A stretch of 63,690 nucleotides of DNA, counting the filler, from Reclinomonas americana ATCC 50394 (lineage: Eukaryota): the NCBI GenBank assembly GCA_048213135.1. It is 4 parts of 3 records of this genome, joined end to end, with 100 filler letters (N's around TTAATTAATTAA, not from the genome) between each part and the next. Parts side by side here need not be neighbours in the genome. Positions count along the whole stretch, not along the records: positions 1 to 27,089 come from PS015509.1; positions 27,190 to 48,663 come from PS015510.1; 2 more parts are not named here. One strand, 5' to 3'. The position numbers and the translations under genes were made by a program. This document shows, in pieces, positions 26,345 through 38,284 of the stretch (position 1 is the first letter of the stretch; the number at the start of each line of letters is the position of its first letter). The notes below the pieces were generated by a model. It was not told where the DNA came from, did no database searches, and saw only the letters and a list, made by a program, of their open reading frames with translations.

Positions 26345-27089
26345 ATGACAACCGCGAGTGAGGCCCACCTGTCGCAAGGTCAGTCACCCCTCACTCTCAC
26401 ACATATATCGTGTGTGTGTGCTCACTCTCCTCTCCTCTTCCTCCACAGTGGCCGACTTGGAGCGACGACTTGCCGAGACCGAAGAACGCTTGACGCGATA
26501 CGTTCAGGTTTGTGTGCGCCTCTCTCCTCTCTCCTATCCCCTTCCTCTTCACTCACTCACCCTCCCTCTCCCTCCCATCCACGCAGTACCGAGAGCAGAT
26601 TGAGCGACTGCCCGAGTTGTCGCGCGTGTTGCTGCGCGAGGCCCGCACGTTCGAAGCCGCCGGCAACGCGGCGGCCTGTGAGCAGTACGTCCGCGCATGT
26701 GCCAGCATGCGTGTCCCCGAGGCCATGCACTGGCTGGCATCACTGCTGCCGCAGACATCACGAGGGAATGTGTTGGCGGCGGAGCGGCTGAGAAGAGAGG
26801 CCGATGCCATTGCCGAGGTACCGCCGACCCCACAGCACCTGGTCGCCGCCGCCAAGAAGAAGGCGGCACCACCGCCACCACCACCTCCGCCGCCACCACC
26901 ACCAGTGTCGGTGGCACCGCTGGTACAAGCTGCTGCCGCAGTGCCAGTGCCGCCGCCACCTCCGCCACGCGAGCGCAAGCCGGTGCTGCGCACGCCGCAG
27001 CCGGTGCCGACGGCGGCTGTCGAGGGTGCGCTGTGCGTGCGTCGTAGTGTGACTCGCGACGTGTCGCCGATTGCGCGCCACTACTCGCC
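26345..27089 (+). CDS. Partial protein: coiled coil, helical (Sel1-like?) segment and poly-Pro; truncated at the scaffold end
   Basis: In-frame GT-AG exons MTTASEAHLSQ/VADLERRLAETEERLTRYVQ/YREQIERL..EAMHWLA..PPPPPPPP. Confidence 0.55.
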
Positions 27090-27133
27090 NNNNNNNNNNN
27101 NNNNNNNNNNNNNNNNNNNNNNNNNNNNNNNNN

Positions 27134-27145
27134 TTAATTAATTAA
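27134..27145. other. Artificial six-frame-stop scaffold linker
   Basis: TTAATTAATTAA flanked by N runs. Confidence 0.95.
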
Positions 27146-27189
27146 NNNNNNNNNNNNNNNNNNNNNNNNNNNNNNNNNNNNNNNNNNNN

Positions 27190-29782
27190 TTGGAGAAAAT
27201 GACATTGGCTGCGGGCACAAAGGATGTGAGCGGCGTGCTGCAGGTGCGGAGACGAAGAAGGAGCGACTCACCAAACACTGGCAAGTTCTCCAGTTTGTGC
27301 TGATCCACCCAGCTGCATCGTGAAGTGGTCAGCTTTCTGTGCACCCTACTGCATGCAATAGAAAAGACACGTACCGATCGGGGACGAACTGGTCAGCGTC
27401 GTCGCCAAACACTGCGGGGTCAGTGGTGACAGCCGCGAGTGTGAGGAAGACGTCGCACTGCACGCAGAGACGAGCGTGAGAATGACGATCGTGGCAGCTG
27501 ACTGTGTTGGCAACAAACGCACCCCGGCCGGGATTGTCACGCCGTTGGAGAGTTTGAGCGGCGACACGGTGACACTGCAGGCGGCGTAGCGGTCAGTTTG
27601 TGCTCTTCCTCGCAACAGCCACACACACAACCTCACCGTCCCACTGCCAGTGCTGGATTGAAAAGGCGAAGACTGTGGCGAGCGGAGACGCAAATGAGTG
27701 TCGATCGAGCATTCTCCAACAGTCTGGTGGTCGCAACTTTTCCCAGATGACCGACCACAGAAGGCGACACGACTTGAGCTCGTCATACGTCGGCGTGCTG
27801 TGCAGCGAGTGCAAGTGCTGACCGAGATTCTCCTCCACCTCCGCCTGCAGGCGCGTCATCAGCTCCGGTCGCGACGCAATGTTCCAGCACGCCCACGACA
27901 GTGCACTGGTAAGGGAGGAAGAACGGACAGTGTCAAGCGGCTGGTGAGAAACAGGAGTAGAGGGAGGGGAGGAGAGGAGAGGATTCTTGCTCTGCAGCAA
28001 TACCAACGTACCGACTGGTGGTGTCTTGCCCGGCTGTCACAAGCATCAAAAACAGTGAGAAGCTTGGCGACAGAAGCAGAAGTAGCAAGCAAGCGTGCGA
28101 CTCACCAACAATAAAGGTCGTGACTCTGCACCCGAAGAAGAGATGATGAGCAGCAGGCTGGCGTGTTGGCTCACGTGCTGCACGCAACTGATCTCGCAGT
28201 TCCTCCATGGAGAGCTCGTCACGCATATCCGCACACGCCTCCAACACTGCATCCAACAGATCGACACCGGTGCGCACACGGCGCTCCGCCAGCTCCGTCT
28301 GCGACTCGTCGAGACGGGTTTGGATAAGTTCCACAAAGTACTTGTGCACGTACTCAATGTTCTTCTCGTACGCGCGCTGACGCGCAGTGCGGAAGAGGTT
28401 GTGGTGCTTTCCGTAGAACGGCTCCGTCATGCGCGCGGCGCCCTCCACCAAGCTGCGCGAAGGAGCGGGAGGTGAGACACAGAGAGAAAGAGAGTGGGCG
28501 TTGAAAGAGTAGCGCAACATGGCATCAATGGCCCTCGAATACGGCGATCCTTCAGCAATGGCAGACGACTTGTGACTGAACGTCGTTCGCATGATGACCT
28601 CGTAGGCCATGTTCTGCAGCAGCGGAAGCACATTGTGCTTGTGGTCGGCCGGTTGCGCGCGAATGGCCTCGATCAGCTCGTAGCACACTTGATCAACTAC
28701 GGGCACAAGGGAGAGGTGAGGCCACGGAGGCAAAAGGTGCCGGTTGTCAGTGATGGAACAATGCCACCGAGTGTGTGAACTGTGTGCAGGTAATCACGTT
28801 GCAGGTGTGACAGACACAGAAGTACGCGAGTAGCTGATACACATGTTTTTCTCTCCCACTGTTGCCATCCTCTCTTGTGTTTCTTGTTGCTACATGCAGT
28901 GCAGCAGTAACTCTTCGACATGACCTCGCTCACGCGCATGTCGCTGAAGCTGGGATTGAGGAGCTTTCTGCGCGCACAGACGTCGTCGTCAATCGTCTGC
29001 TCCTCCTCCGAGAACAAGAGTCAGGCACTGTTGCTCACCGCATGCGCTGCCACGGGTGGTCCTCGAGAAAGAGAAGTCCCTGCCCGAACGCCGGATGCAG
29101 CTGCTGCCAGCCCTCGCTTTTATGCACCGCGTGGTACTGCAAGCAGTAGTGCACAGTGGTGAGCAGCGGAAGAGCGTTCTTTGTTATTCTCCGACACTGC
29201 AGCTGGGAAAGACCTCCTTCAGAAACTCGCCCGCCAGCTCGTGCGATCCAATGGAGATGAGCGGGTGGAGCAGCAGGCGCAGAGACACCAGTGGACCCAG
29301 TCGACGATGCTCACTCACGAGGACTGTACGCGCATATGTGAGCAGCAAGGTTGCGACGACTTGTCGATTTCCCGGCGCAACATTTGACCCAGTTGGAGGG
29401 CGGCACTGCGAGAGGCAAGTCAACACAGCGAAAGAAAGAGAGAGAGAGAGAGAGCACATAGAAGGTGTACGCAACTCAGATCGCGCACGTTGCCGAGCAG
29501 AAGACTGCGAGTCTGTGCACAGACAAAGAATCCGAACACGTGGACTTGAGAATGCAACTCTCTCTCACACACTCACACTGCCTCTCTCTCTCTCTCTCCT
29601 CCCCTCTCTTTCGCTCTCTCTGCCTCTCTTCGCTCTCGCTCGTCTCACATTACCTTGACAAAGGGAATTCGCAGAATGTACTTGACATAGGCCAGGCGCC
29701 ACACGACTCGAGCAAGGCCAAAGGCCAACAGCGCAAGCAACGCATAGAACAGCAGCCACACAACACCACTAAGAACTCCCAT
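27190..29782 (-). CDS. Cytochrome P450 (3' end with heme Cys missing, cut by the scaffold end)
   Basis: N-terminal TM anchor, LLGNVRDL, WQRMRKLLNPSF, I-helix FIVAGQDTT, K-helix ENLR (ExxR) and DQFVPDRW (PERF-like), spread over many short exons. Confidence 0.92.
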
Positions 29783-29876
29783 TGCTCTCCCTCTGACACG
29801 ACACAAGAACGAAGACAGAACGAAGAGATACAGGAGCGGACAGAGGGACATGCACATATCGCGTCGGCATTCATTG

Positions 29877-32486
29877 TCACGTTTGGCGACGTCTCAACAC
29901 GAAGCGCTGGTGGATTGAGTTGGCCGCGGCCTCCGGGTCGGCCTCATACTCGGTGAGCGTCACTGTCGGCGGGAAGGCAGCGGCTTGCAGAGTGGCGCCG
30001 ACCCACACGGCGCAGTCGGGAGCCGGAGGAATGAGTACACCGCGTTGACCGGCTGAGGCGTCGGTGAAGTCGCTGGCCAGTGAGTAGCTGGAGGTCGGCG
30101 ATCCGACGCTGGGCGAGGAGGCACTGGCGCCGGCTTTGGTGCTGGTGATCCAGGTGAGTTGTTCGTGCGCGAGGTACGTCACCAGTTCGGCGGAGATGCG
30201 CTGCTTCAGGCCGGGGAGGGCGGCACTGCCGCCGACCACCACCACGTGCTGCGAAGGGGGAAGGGGGTGTAAGGGGAAGAGGGAGGGAGGGGAAGAGGGA
30301 GGAGGAGAGGGAGGGAGGGGGGGAGAGGGAGGGAATGTGTGTGGGAGACACACGCGAAGGAAAGACAGACACCGAGAGAGGCAAGGGGACAGAGACAGAA
30401 TACGCGCGCGTGTGAGTATTTGTGACAGGGAGAGAGACACACACAGGGTGTCGCGTGTACGAGAGAGTAGGGAAAGACCGACGTGAGAGACGAACACAAA
30501 GAAGACAAACATATATATAGAGAGAGAGAGCACAGGTAAGACAGAGAGCGTGAGTGCGACAGCGAGTGACGTGCGTTGTGTGCGTGTGTTGCTGCGATAA
30601 GCGAGAGACGAGAACAGACAAGACTGCGAGGCCAGGGCACTAAGAGAAAGAGAGCGTGTTTGAGCGAGAGAGAGATAAATGAGAGCACGCGTGTGAGGGA
30701 AAGGCTCAGAAACAATGACAGAGTTCTCAGCAAGTGAGGCGTGTGCTGTGTGTGCGTGCGTGTGTTGTGATAGAAAAGTGAGAGAGAAAGAGGATAGAAA
30801 AGTGAGAGAGAAAAGCACAGACAAGACTGAGAGGCAAGGGCACTGAGAGAAAGAGAGAGAGGAGACTGTGAGGGAGACAGAGAGGGAAGTAACAAGGGCA
30901 GACAGCATGTGTGTGTGACAGAAATGAAGGGAAAACAATAGAGGGACACAGAGCGAGCATGCGAGACGGGCTCAGCAACAAAGAGAAAAGTGCAGACAAG
31001 GCGCGCGCGCGTGTGCGCGTGATGAGATTTGTATTACCTCCAGAACAGCCAGGGTCTCATCCTCGCTAAATGCACTGGCACGCAATGCGGCCACCACACA
31101 CTCGCCTAGTCTCATGCGCGCCAGCTGCGCGCCACTGGGAATCTGCAGGGGGCGGCGAGTGAGTGAGTGAGCGTGAGGCTGTAGAAGGAGCTGCATGGTT
31201 CGCTCACCGGAGTGCCCTCGGCCAAATCCGCCACCGCCTCAATCACACTGACGTCGCAGTCGGCCTCGAACAGGACCTCCGTACATGCGACTCTGCGGTG
31301 AAGGGAGGATGGGTCGGCGAAAAGGAGAGGAAATGAACGTGAGACAGAAAGAGGATGGGTGCGAGAAAAAATGACCCTCGGGACAACAGAGACGAATGGA
31401 GAGTGAGCAGGAATAGGTGGGGGAGGGTGAGTGTAAACGGAGGAGAATGGAGAAGGTTGGGGGGAATGGAAGAGGAAACACATGGGAAACAAGGGACACA
31501 TAAGAGCGTGAGTTATCAAGAAGAGAAAGAGTCACATGTTCTTGTGCGTCAGCAATCGAAAATGTCAACTGTGGAGAGATGGACTCGCCTATTGCAGATG
31601 TACGCAGAGAGACAAAGACCAACACGGACAAAGAGACACAGACGCACAATCGAAGACAAGAGAAAAGAAGAGGAGAAGGAGAGATACGGTTCACAAAACG
31701 CACCTTAGTTCCTTGCGGACCAGCAGCGGATTGCCCGGTGGCAGCGCACACGAGTAGTCCTCCACATTCTTCGGCACCCCCGACGAACCATGTCTGTCGG
31801 CCACCACTGCACACTGCTCCTTCACGTAGTCCACCATCATCCAGTCGCAGTGCTGGTCTGTAAATTCTCGGTTCCAGCCGCGCTGCGCCACGACACACGT
31901 CAGCAATCGAAGATTCAACCTGTAATGGACATTACAACGCACAATTCGACCCGCGCGAATGTCCTCATTGAGCAGCTCAGCCAGTCGTGCCGACACATGC
32001 CGTCCACCGGTGAACATGCAGCCGACGCTCGACGGCTTGATGGAGCCGTTGAGGATGGGTGTGACACGAGTGGTCTCGTATCCGAAATCAATGACCAGGC
32101 CTGCCAACGAGAGAGAGAGAGAGAAGGAATGAGAGAGAGAGAGAGACAGACATGCCGCAGCGGAAATCACGCACCAGTGGTGTAGCCAACCGAGAGAAGC
32201 GCCATCAAGTCGCTGTTGGCAAACGAGACGGCGGGCACCTTGAATCGACGAAACAGCAACTCGGCAACGTTGGTGCGCAATGCCGGCCGCCAGCGAGATG
32301 ACTCGCACACGAGAATCGGGTGCGACTGCGCCGTGACTTGCATGTAGTTCTCGTAGATAAAGGACAGGAAAAATTGCAGGTGGCCGTAGTGGATTTCGGA
32401 GCCGGTCACGAAGCGCTTGATGCGTGGGTCGCCCGCGGGCATGCGCACGGGGTCGCGGGGTTCGAAAATGGGCACGTCGTCGGCGG
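29877..32486 (-). CDS. Divergent actin-related protein (N-terminus lost in a gap)
   Basis: HPILVCE, AELLFRRFKVPAV, GYTTGLVIDFGYETTRVTPILNG, TGGRHVS, VKEQC, EVLF, VVVVGGSAALPGLKQRI..EL and AVWVGA all match actin-fold motifs. Confidence 0.9.
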
Positions 32487-33894
32487 CTACGGGGAGAGAA
32501 TGGGGGAGGGTTAGAGGGGNNNNNNNNNNNNNNNNNNNNAAGGGGAAGGGGAAGGGGAAGGGGAAGGGGAAGGGGAAGGGGAAGGGGAAGGGGAAGGGGA
32601 AGGGGAAGGGGAAGGGGAAGGGGAAGAGAGGGGAAGGGAGGGTAAGAGGGAAGGAGAAGAGAGGAGGAGTGTCTTCTCTCCGCTCTGGTCACAGACAGAA
32701 AATTCATTTCTTCTCTGTCCCAGTGGGCACAGCCCTTCTCGGTCACACTGACCTCAGTATCTCTCTTTCGTATTGTTTGTCTCTGTTCCCGTTTCTATCT
32801 AGTTGTCTGCAAAACTCGCGAAGAAGGTGAGGAAGGAGAAGGAAGAGCAGAACAAGCCAGTGGTCCAATGTTACTGCATCTCTCTCTCTCTCTTTCTCAC
32901 ACACACACACACACTCATTTCGTCTCCATCGACGCATCTGTATCACTCTGCTCGACTGCGCTCCTGAATAAACCACTATTCTTCGAACTGAGTGAGGGCG
33001 GTTTCTTTCTGAGAGAGTAGAAAAAGCGAGTCTCGTCTACTATCATGAGTTCATCGCTCTCTCTCTCTCTCTCTNNNNNNNNNNNNNNNNNNNNNNNNNN
33101 NNNNNNNNNNNNNNNNNNNNNNNNNNNNNNNNNNNNNNNNNNNNNNNNNNNNNNNNNNNNNNNNNNNNNNNNNNNNNNNNNNNNNNNNNNNNNNNNNNNN
33201 NNNNNNNNNNNNNNNNNNNNNNNNNNNNNNNNNNNNNNNNNNNNNNNNNNNNNNNNNNNNNNNNNNNNNNNNNNNNNNNNNNNNNNNNNNNNNNNNNNNN
33301 NNNNNNNNNNNNNNNNNNNNNNNNNNNNNNNNNNNNNNNNNNNNNNNNNNNNNNNNNNNNNNNNNNNNNNNNNNNNNNNNNNNNNNNNNNNNNNNNNNNN
33401 NNNNNNNNNNNNNNNNNNNNNNNNNNNNNNNNNNNNNNNNNNNNNNNNNNNNNNNNNNNNNNNNNNNNNNNNNNNNNNNNNNNNNNNNNNNNNNNNNNNN
33501 NNNNNNNNNNNNNNNNNNNNNNNNNNNNNNNNNNNNNNNNNNNNNNNNNNNNNNNNNNNNNNNNNNNNNNNNNNNNNNNNNNNNNNNNNNNNNNNNNNNN
33601 NNNNNNNNNNNNNNNNNNNNNNNNNNNNNNNNNNNNNNNNNNNNNNNNNNNNNNNNNNNNNNNNNNNNNNNNNNNNNNNNNNNNNNNNNNNNNNNNNNNN
33701 NNNNNNNNNNNNNNNNNNNNNNNNNNNNNNNNNNNNNNNNNNNNNNNNNNNNNNNNNNNNNNNNNNNNNNNNNNNNNNNNNNNNNNNNNNNNNNNNNNNN
33801 NNNNNNNNNNNNNNNNNNNNNNNNNNNNNNNNNNNNNNNNNNNNNNNNNNNNNNNNNNNNNNNNNNNNNNNNNNNNNNNNNNNNNNNNNNNGTC

Positions 33895-33966
<72 letters not shown>

Positions 33967-33970
33967 TCAC

Positions 33971-34467
33971 CGCTGGATCCTTATAATACGCCAACACTCG
34001 TCGCTTGGCATCCAGCACCAGCCATCGCCGCTTCCAGCTACAAACAACGTACGATGAGAACACACAGGGGGGAGGAGGAGGTGGAGGAGGAGAAGAAGAA
34101 GAAGTAGAAGAAGAAACGAGGAGAAGAAGAGCAAGAGGAAGAGGAAGAGGAGGAAGAGGAAGAGCAAGAGGAGAAGGCGGAGGAGGAGGAAGAGGAAGAG
34201 GACGAAGAGGAAGAGGAGGAGGAGAAGGCGGAGGAGGAGGGGAAGAAGAAGAAGAAGAAGAAGGAGGAGGGGAAGAGGAAGAGGAGGAGGAGAAGGCGGA
34301 GGAGGGGAAGAAGGAGGAGGAGGAGGAGAAGGAGAGGAAGATGGAGACGAAGAGCAAGAACAACATGACTGAGGGGAAGACTGAGGAGGAGGAAAGGGAG
34401 ACTGCGTAATAGAGACATGCATAGCAACACACACACATGCACACAGCTCTCTCTCTCTCTCTCTCCT

Positions 34468-34536
<69 letters not shown>

Positions 34537-34764
34537 CGACGACGTACGTACGTACGTACGTACGTACTTACTTCTCCTCTCTACTACGTACGACGACGAC
34601 GACGTACGTACGTACGTTACGTACCGTACCGTACGTACGTCGTNNNNNNNNNNNNNNNNNNNNAACAACTAGACTAGAGGGAAGGAAGAGAGGAGGAGGA
34701 AAGGGAAGGAACGAGCGTACGTAAGTAGAACGATAGACATACACAACACACACACCACACACAC

Positions 34765-34856
<92 letters not shown>

Positions 34857-35389
34857 GTCACTCTCAATTTTTCTCTCTCTCTCTCTCAGAGAGCAAGACG
34901 CACTTTTGCACCACGTGTCCCTGCTTGGTGATCCATGTGGCCCGAGTCTGCACACACAAACAAGAGAGAGAGAGAGAGAGTGTGTGAGAGAGAGAAAGAG
35001 ACATGACACTCATCGCGCACACACTTTCACCACAAACACACACACAAACACACACACACACACACAAGTAATGAGAAAGAGAGAAAGAGTGTGTTCGTGA
35101 GAGAGACACGCAGACTTGGAGAGTTGACTGCAGTCACACATAAAAGTCAAATATTGTCTCACTATTCTCTCTGTGTGTGTGTGAGAGAGTGAGAGAATGC
35201 ACTTGACCTGTTGCAGTGGGTTGGGCCAGGGCATCTCCGCAAGCAGCGCTGTCTCACAGAAAGAACAGAGTGTGTGTCAGAGTGAGAGTGAGAGAGTGTG
35301 TGTGTGTCAAAGAGAGCGTGTGCGTAACGAAGTCCGTCGCTGACAAGGCCGCCGGCTGCTGCAGGAGATGACGAGGAGGAAGAGGCCAT
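33971..35389 (-). CDS. 5' exons of a PH-domain protein (possibly the same gene as the actin-related protein)
   Basis: Spliced TRATWITKQGHVVQNWKRRWLVLDAKRRVLAYYKD matches PH strands b1-b3. ATG at 35389. Confidence 0.8.
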
Positions 35390-35528
35390 CTTGTGCGCTC
35401 GTGTGTGTGTGTGAGTGAGAGTGTGATTGAGGACTTTTGTGAAGGCGGACATGCATTGGTGAAGTGGCGAAACGATGACTTGTACATGAAGAGTGGGGAG
35501 CATTGTGAGTAGGTATTGATGGGAGCGT

Positions 35529-36170
35529 GAGCTGTTTAATGATCGGTTTGGTGGCGATGAGAAGGAAGTGCAGAGAGAGGGAGAGTGTGTCGAAGTTCCG
35601 AAATATTTGGCCACAGCGCAATTGCAAAGAGGCAGCTTCGAGAGCTTGTGTAGTATATGTGTGGAAGTATGAGCTGTGCAATGATCGGTTTGTTGGCGAC
35701 GCGAAGGAAGTGCACAGAAAGAGGGAGAGAATGTCGAAGTTCCGAAATACTGCAGTTTTTGACCACAAATTGCAAAGAGGCAGCTTCGAGAGCGTGTGTA
35801 GTATAAGCGTGAAAGTATGAGCTGTGTAATGATCGGTTTGTTGGCGACGCGAAGGAAGTATAGAGAGATCGAGAGAGTGTTTAAATTCGAAGTTCCGATT
35901 ACTGCGGTTTTTGGTCACAACGAAGAGAGGCAGCCTCGAGAGCTTGTGTAGTGTACGTGGGCGTATGAGCTGCGCCATGTTCACGCTGTTGGCGACGCGA
36001 AGGAAGTGCAGAGAGAGGGAGAGTGTGTCGAAGTTCAGCAATACTGCGTTTTTTCGCAAGCTACCGAGTCACAGTGCATTGAGGCAGCGTCGAGAGCTTG
36101 TGCAGTGTACGTGGGCATATGAGCTGCACAATGATCACGCTGTTGGCGACTCAGAGGAAGTGCAGTAACA
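35529..36170. repeat. Tandem array of ~148-bp units (about 4.3 copies)
   Basis: The GAGCTG..GGCGA..GGAAGT..GAAGTTC..GAGGCAGC unit restarts at 35529, 35671, 35819, 35967 and 36121. Confidence 0.9.
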
Positions 36171-36287
36171 GAGAGACTGCGGTCAACCAGAAAAAATGCA
36201 ACCCCTTGAATCCACCCACGAGTAAACAATGCGGGCGCTGCTGCGCCTGCGCGTGTAGTACATAAGTGTCGATCGGTTCCCTCTGCT

Positions 36288-36971
36288 CTACTGTCCCTCC
36301 ACTAACTCGCGCTCCTCCTCCTGCCCCTCCCCACCACCAAACGTCTCAATGTCCGAATACACAATGTACAGGAATCCATCCTCCTCCTTGTGCTCCTCGT
36401 AGATGGCACTGAGTGCGCTGCCGGTGGGCATCAGCATGGTGCCCACAAACAGGTACAGCGCATGGGTGGGTGGCATCTCAATCCTGCACATTCACCAGTC
36501 AACGATCACATTTCTATAAAAAAAAAATCCGCATAGCATGAAAGCGACATGATCACACGGCAAACCTCTTGCGCACGACCTGGATGAACTGGCTGAACAG
36601 GAGATCACCGGGCAACAGGTACCTGGACACGACGAGAGTGGGATGTGAGCATTTGTCGCATTTTCTGTTGTCAGTACTGCAGTGGTGGTGGTGGGAGTCT
36701 CAACTTGGTTCGGTCAATGTCGGGCAGCCTGCACCGCCTGTCCTTCTCCACAATCACCGGGATTCGTGTGGGGAACTTCTACTCTCACATGCACACGCGT
36801 TTGTGAGAAGGGCACAAGAGGCTAGGGAAGAGAGGGGGAGAGACTCAACTTGGCGAATGTCGGCGGCTTCCGTTGACCTCTCCTCTGCAAAAGAATGAGC
36901 ATCCTCGCTGTGAGACGCGAAATGGTCACAAGAGTTGCCTCACCCAGCGTGTACTTCTTCTTGTACGACAT
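36288..36971 (-). CDS. ATG8: Autophagy protein ATG8/GABARAP family
   Basis: Five exons: MSYKKKYTLEERSTEAADIRQKFPTRIPVIVEK..LPDIDRTKYLLPGDL..QFIQVVRKRI..EDGFLYIVYSDIETFG, followed by an acidic tail. Confidence 0.96.
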
Positions 36972-37065
36972 GTGTGTGCTTGTGCTCTCACAAAGTTACG
37001 AAAAAAGATGTCTGCCGTGTTTCACCAAAACCTGTCCAATCCGCCGTGTCACAGCAAAAAACGTT

Positions 37066-38239
37066 CTATTCATGGTTCACCATCACCCCATCCTTCCGAT
37101 CGACTACCATCGACTCCTGCTCCTCGCTGACCTCCTCTAGCACATGATCAAAAAGCTGCACGTTGACGAGGACCGTCCATGGACCTTCGCGCATGCCGGC
37201 GGCCACCGAGGCTTTCACGGCAGGCGTCTTGTCCTCGTCGTCGTCCTCATCGTGGTCGGCGTGCAAAGCTACCACGCCCGAGTCGAGCGTATCGATGCGG
37301 ATGCTTGCCTGCTGCGACTGCTGCTGCTGTCGCACGCTGATGCGGCGCGCCACGCGATCGTGCGCCTCCACGTCGTCAATATCGGCGGCGCCACCCACCT
37401 CGGGCGGCTGCAGTACCACTCCCGCGTCGACGTCAAAAAAGGGATCCTCCTGTCGCAGCAAACGCTCGGCTTGCATTTCGCGCTGTCGCGTCTCGTCCTG
37501 CACGGCCAGATTGTCGTGCAGGCAGGCGCCGCCAGTGCGATGGTGATGCGGATGATTCTGCTGGCGGTGGCGGTGCAGCTCGTGGAAATCGTTCAGGGCC
37601 GACGCAAAATTGTGCTTTTCGCAAATGTCGGCCACGGCCTTGCCCACGGCCGCTCGCCGCTTGGCCGCCGTGTTCTTGGCACTCAGCGGCGTGCCACCTG
37701 TCGGCATGGGTGGCCGTTTGATCTTGCCGGCGCGCTTGCCTCCCGCCGCAGTAGCGGTGCCGGCGTCCGACGATGCCACAGAGGGCGACGCGGGTGGCGG
37801 CTTCTTGACCATGGTGACGTCGACAAAATGCCGTCCCAGTGCGTCGGCGACCTCGCCGAGTGCGGTATTCACTCGTCGCGACCATTCGCGGTGCGTGGGA
37901 TTCGGCAGCGAGCCGACGCGCAGGCCGGCGTTGAAGGAGAGCAGTAGGGGGTAGGTTCCGGAGGCGCGGCAAATCACGCTGAGTGAGTGCACAGAGTGAG
38001 AAGAAGGACGCAGCGAAAGCACAACACAACAAAGCAAAGCACAGCAGAACAACACAGCACAGCACAGCACAGCGCAGCACATCAGAGCAGGAAAGGAGAG
38101 CACAGAACAGCAGAGAACAGCACATCAGAACAGCACAGACACAGGTACAGACACAGGCACAGACATAGGCACAGCACAGCACGACACCGCACCGCACCGC
38201 ACCGCACAGGCACAGACACATGCACAGGCACACGCCCGC

Positions 38240-38284
<45 letters not shown>

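Noticed and set aside
27134..27145. TTAATTAATTAA as a possible piggyBac TTAA site or regulatory palindrome
   Set aside because: It occurs identically three times between N runs, so it is a concatenation linker.
35529..36170. CRISPR-like array
   Set aside because: Whole units are homologous with no unique spacers, there are no cas genes, and the context is eukaryotic.
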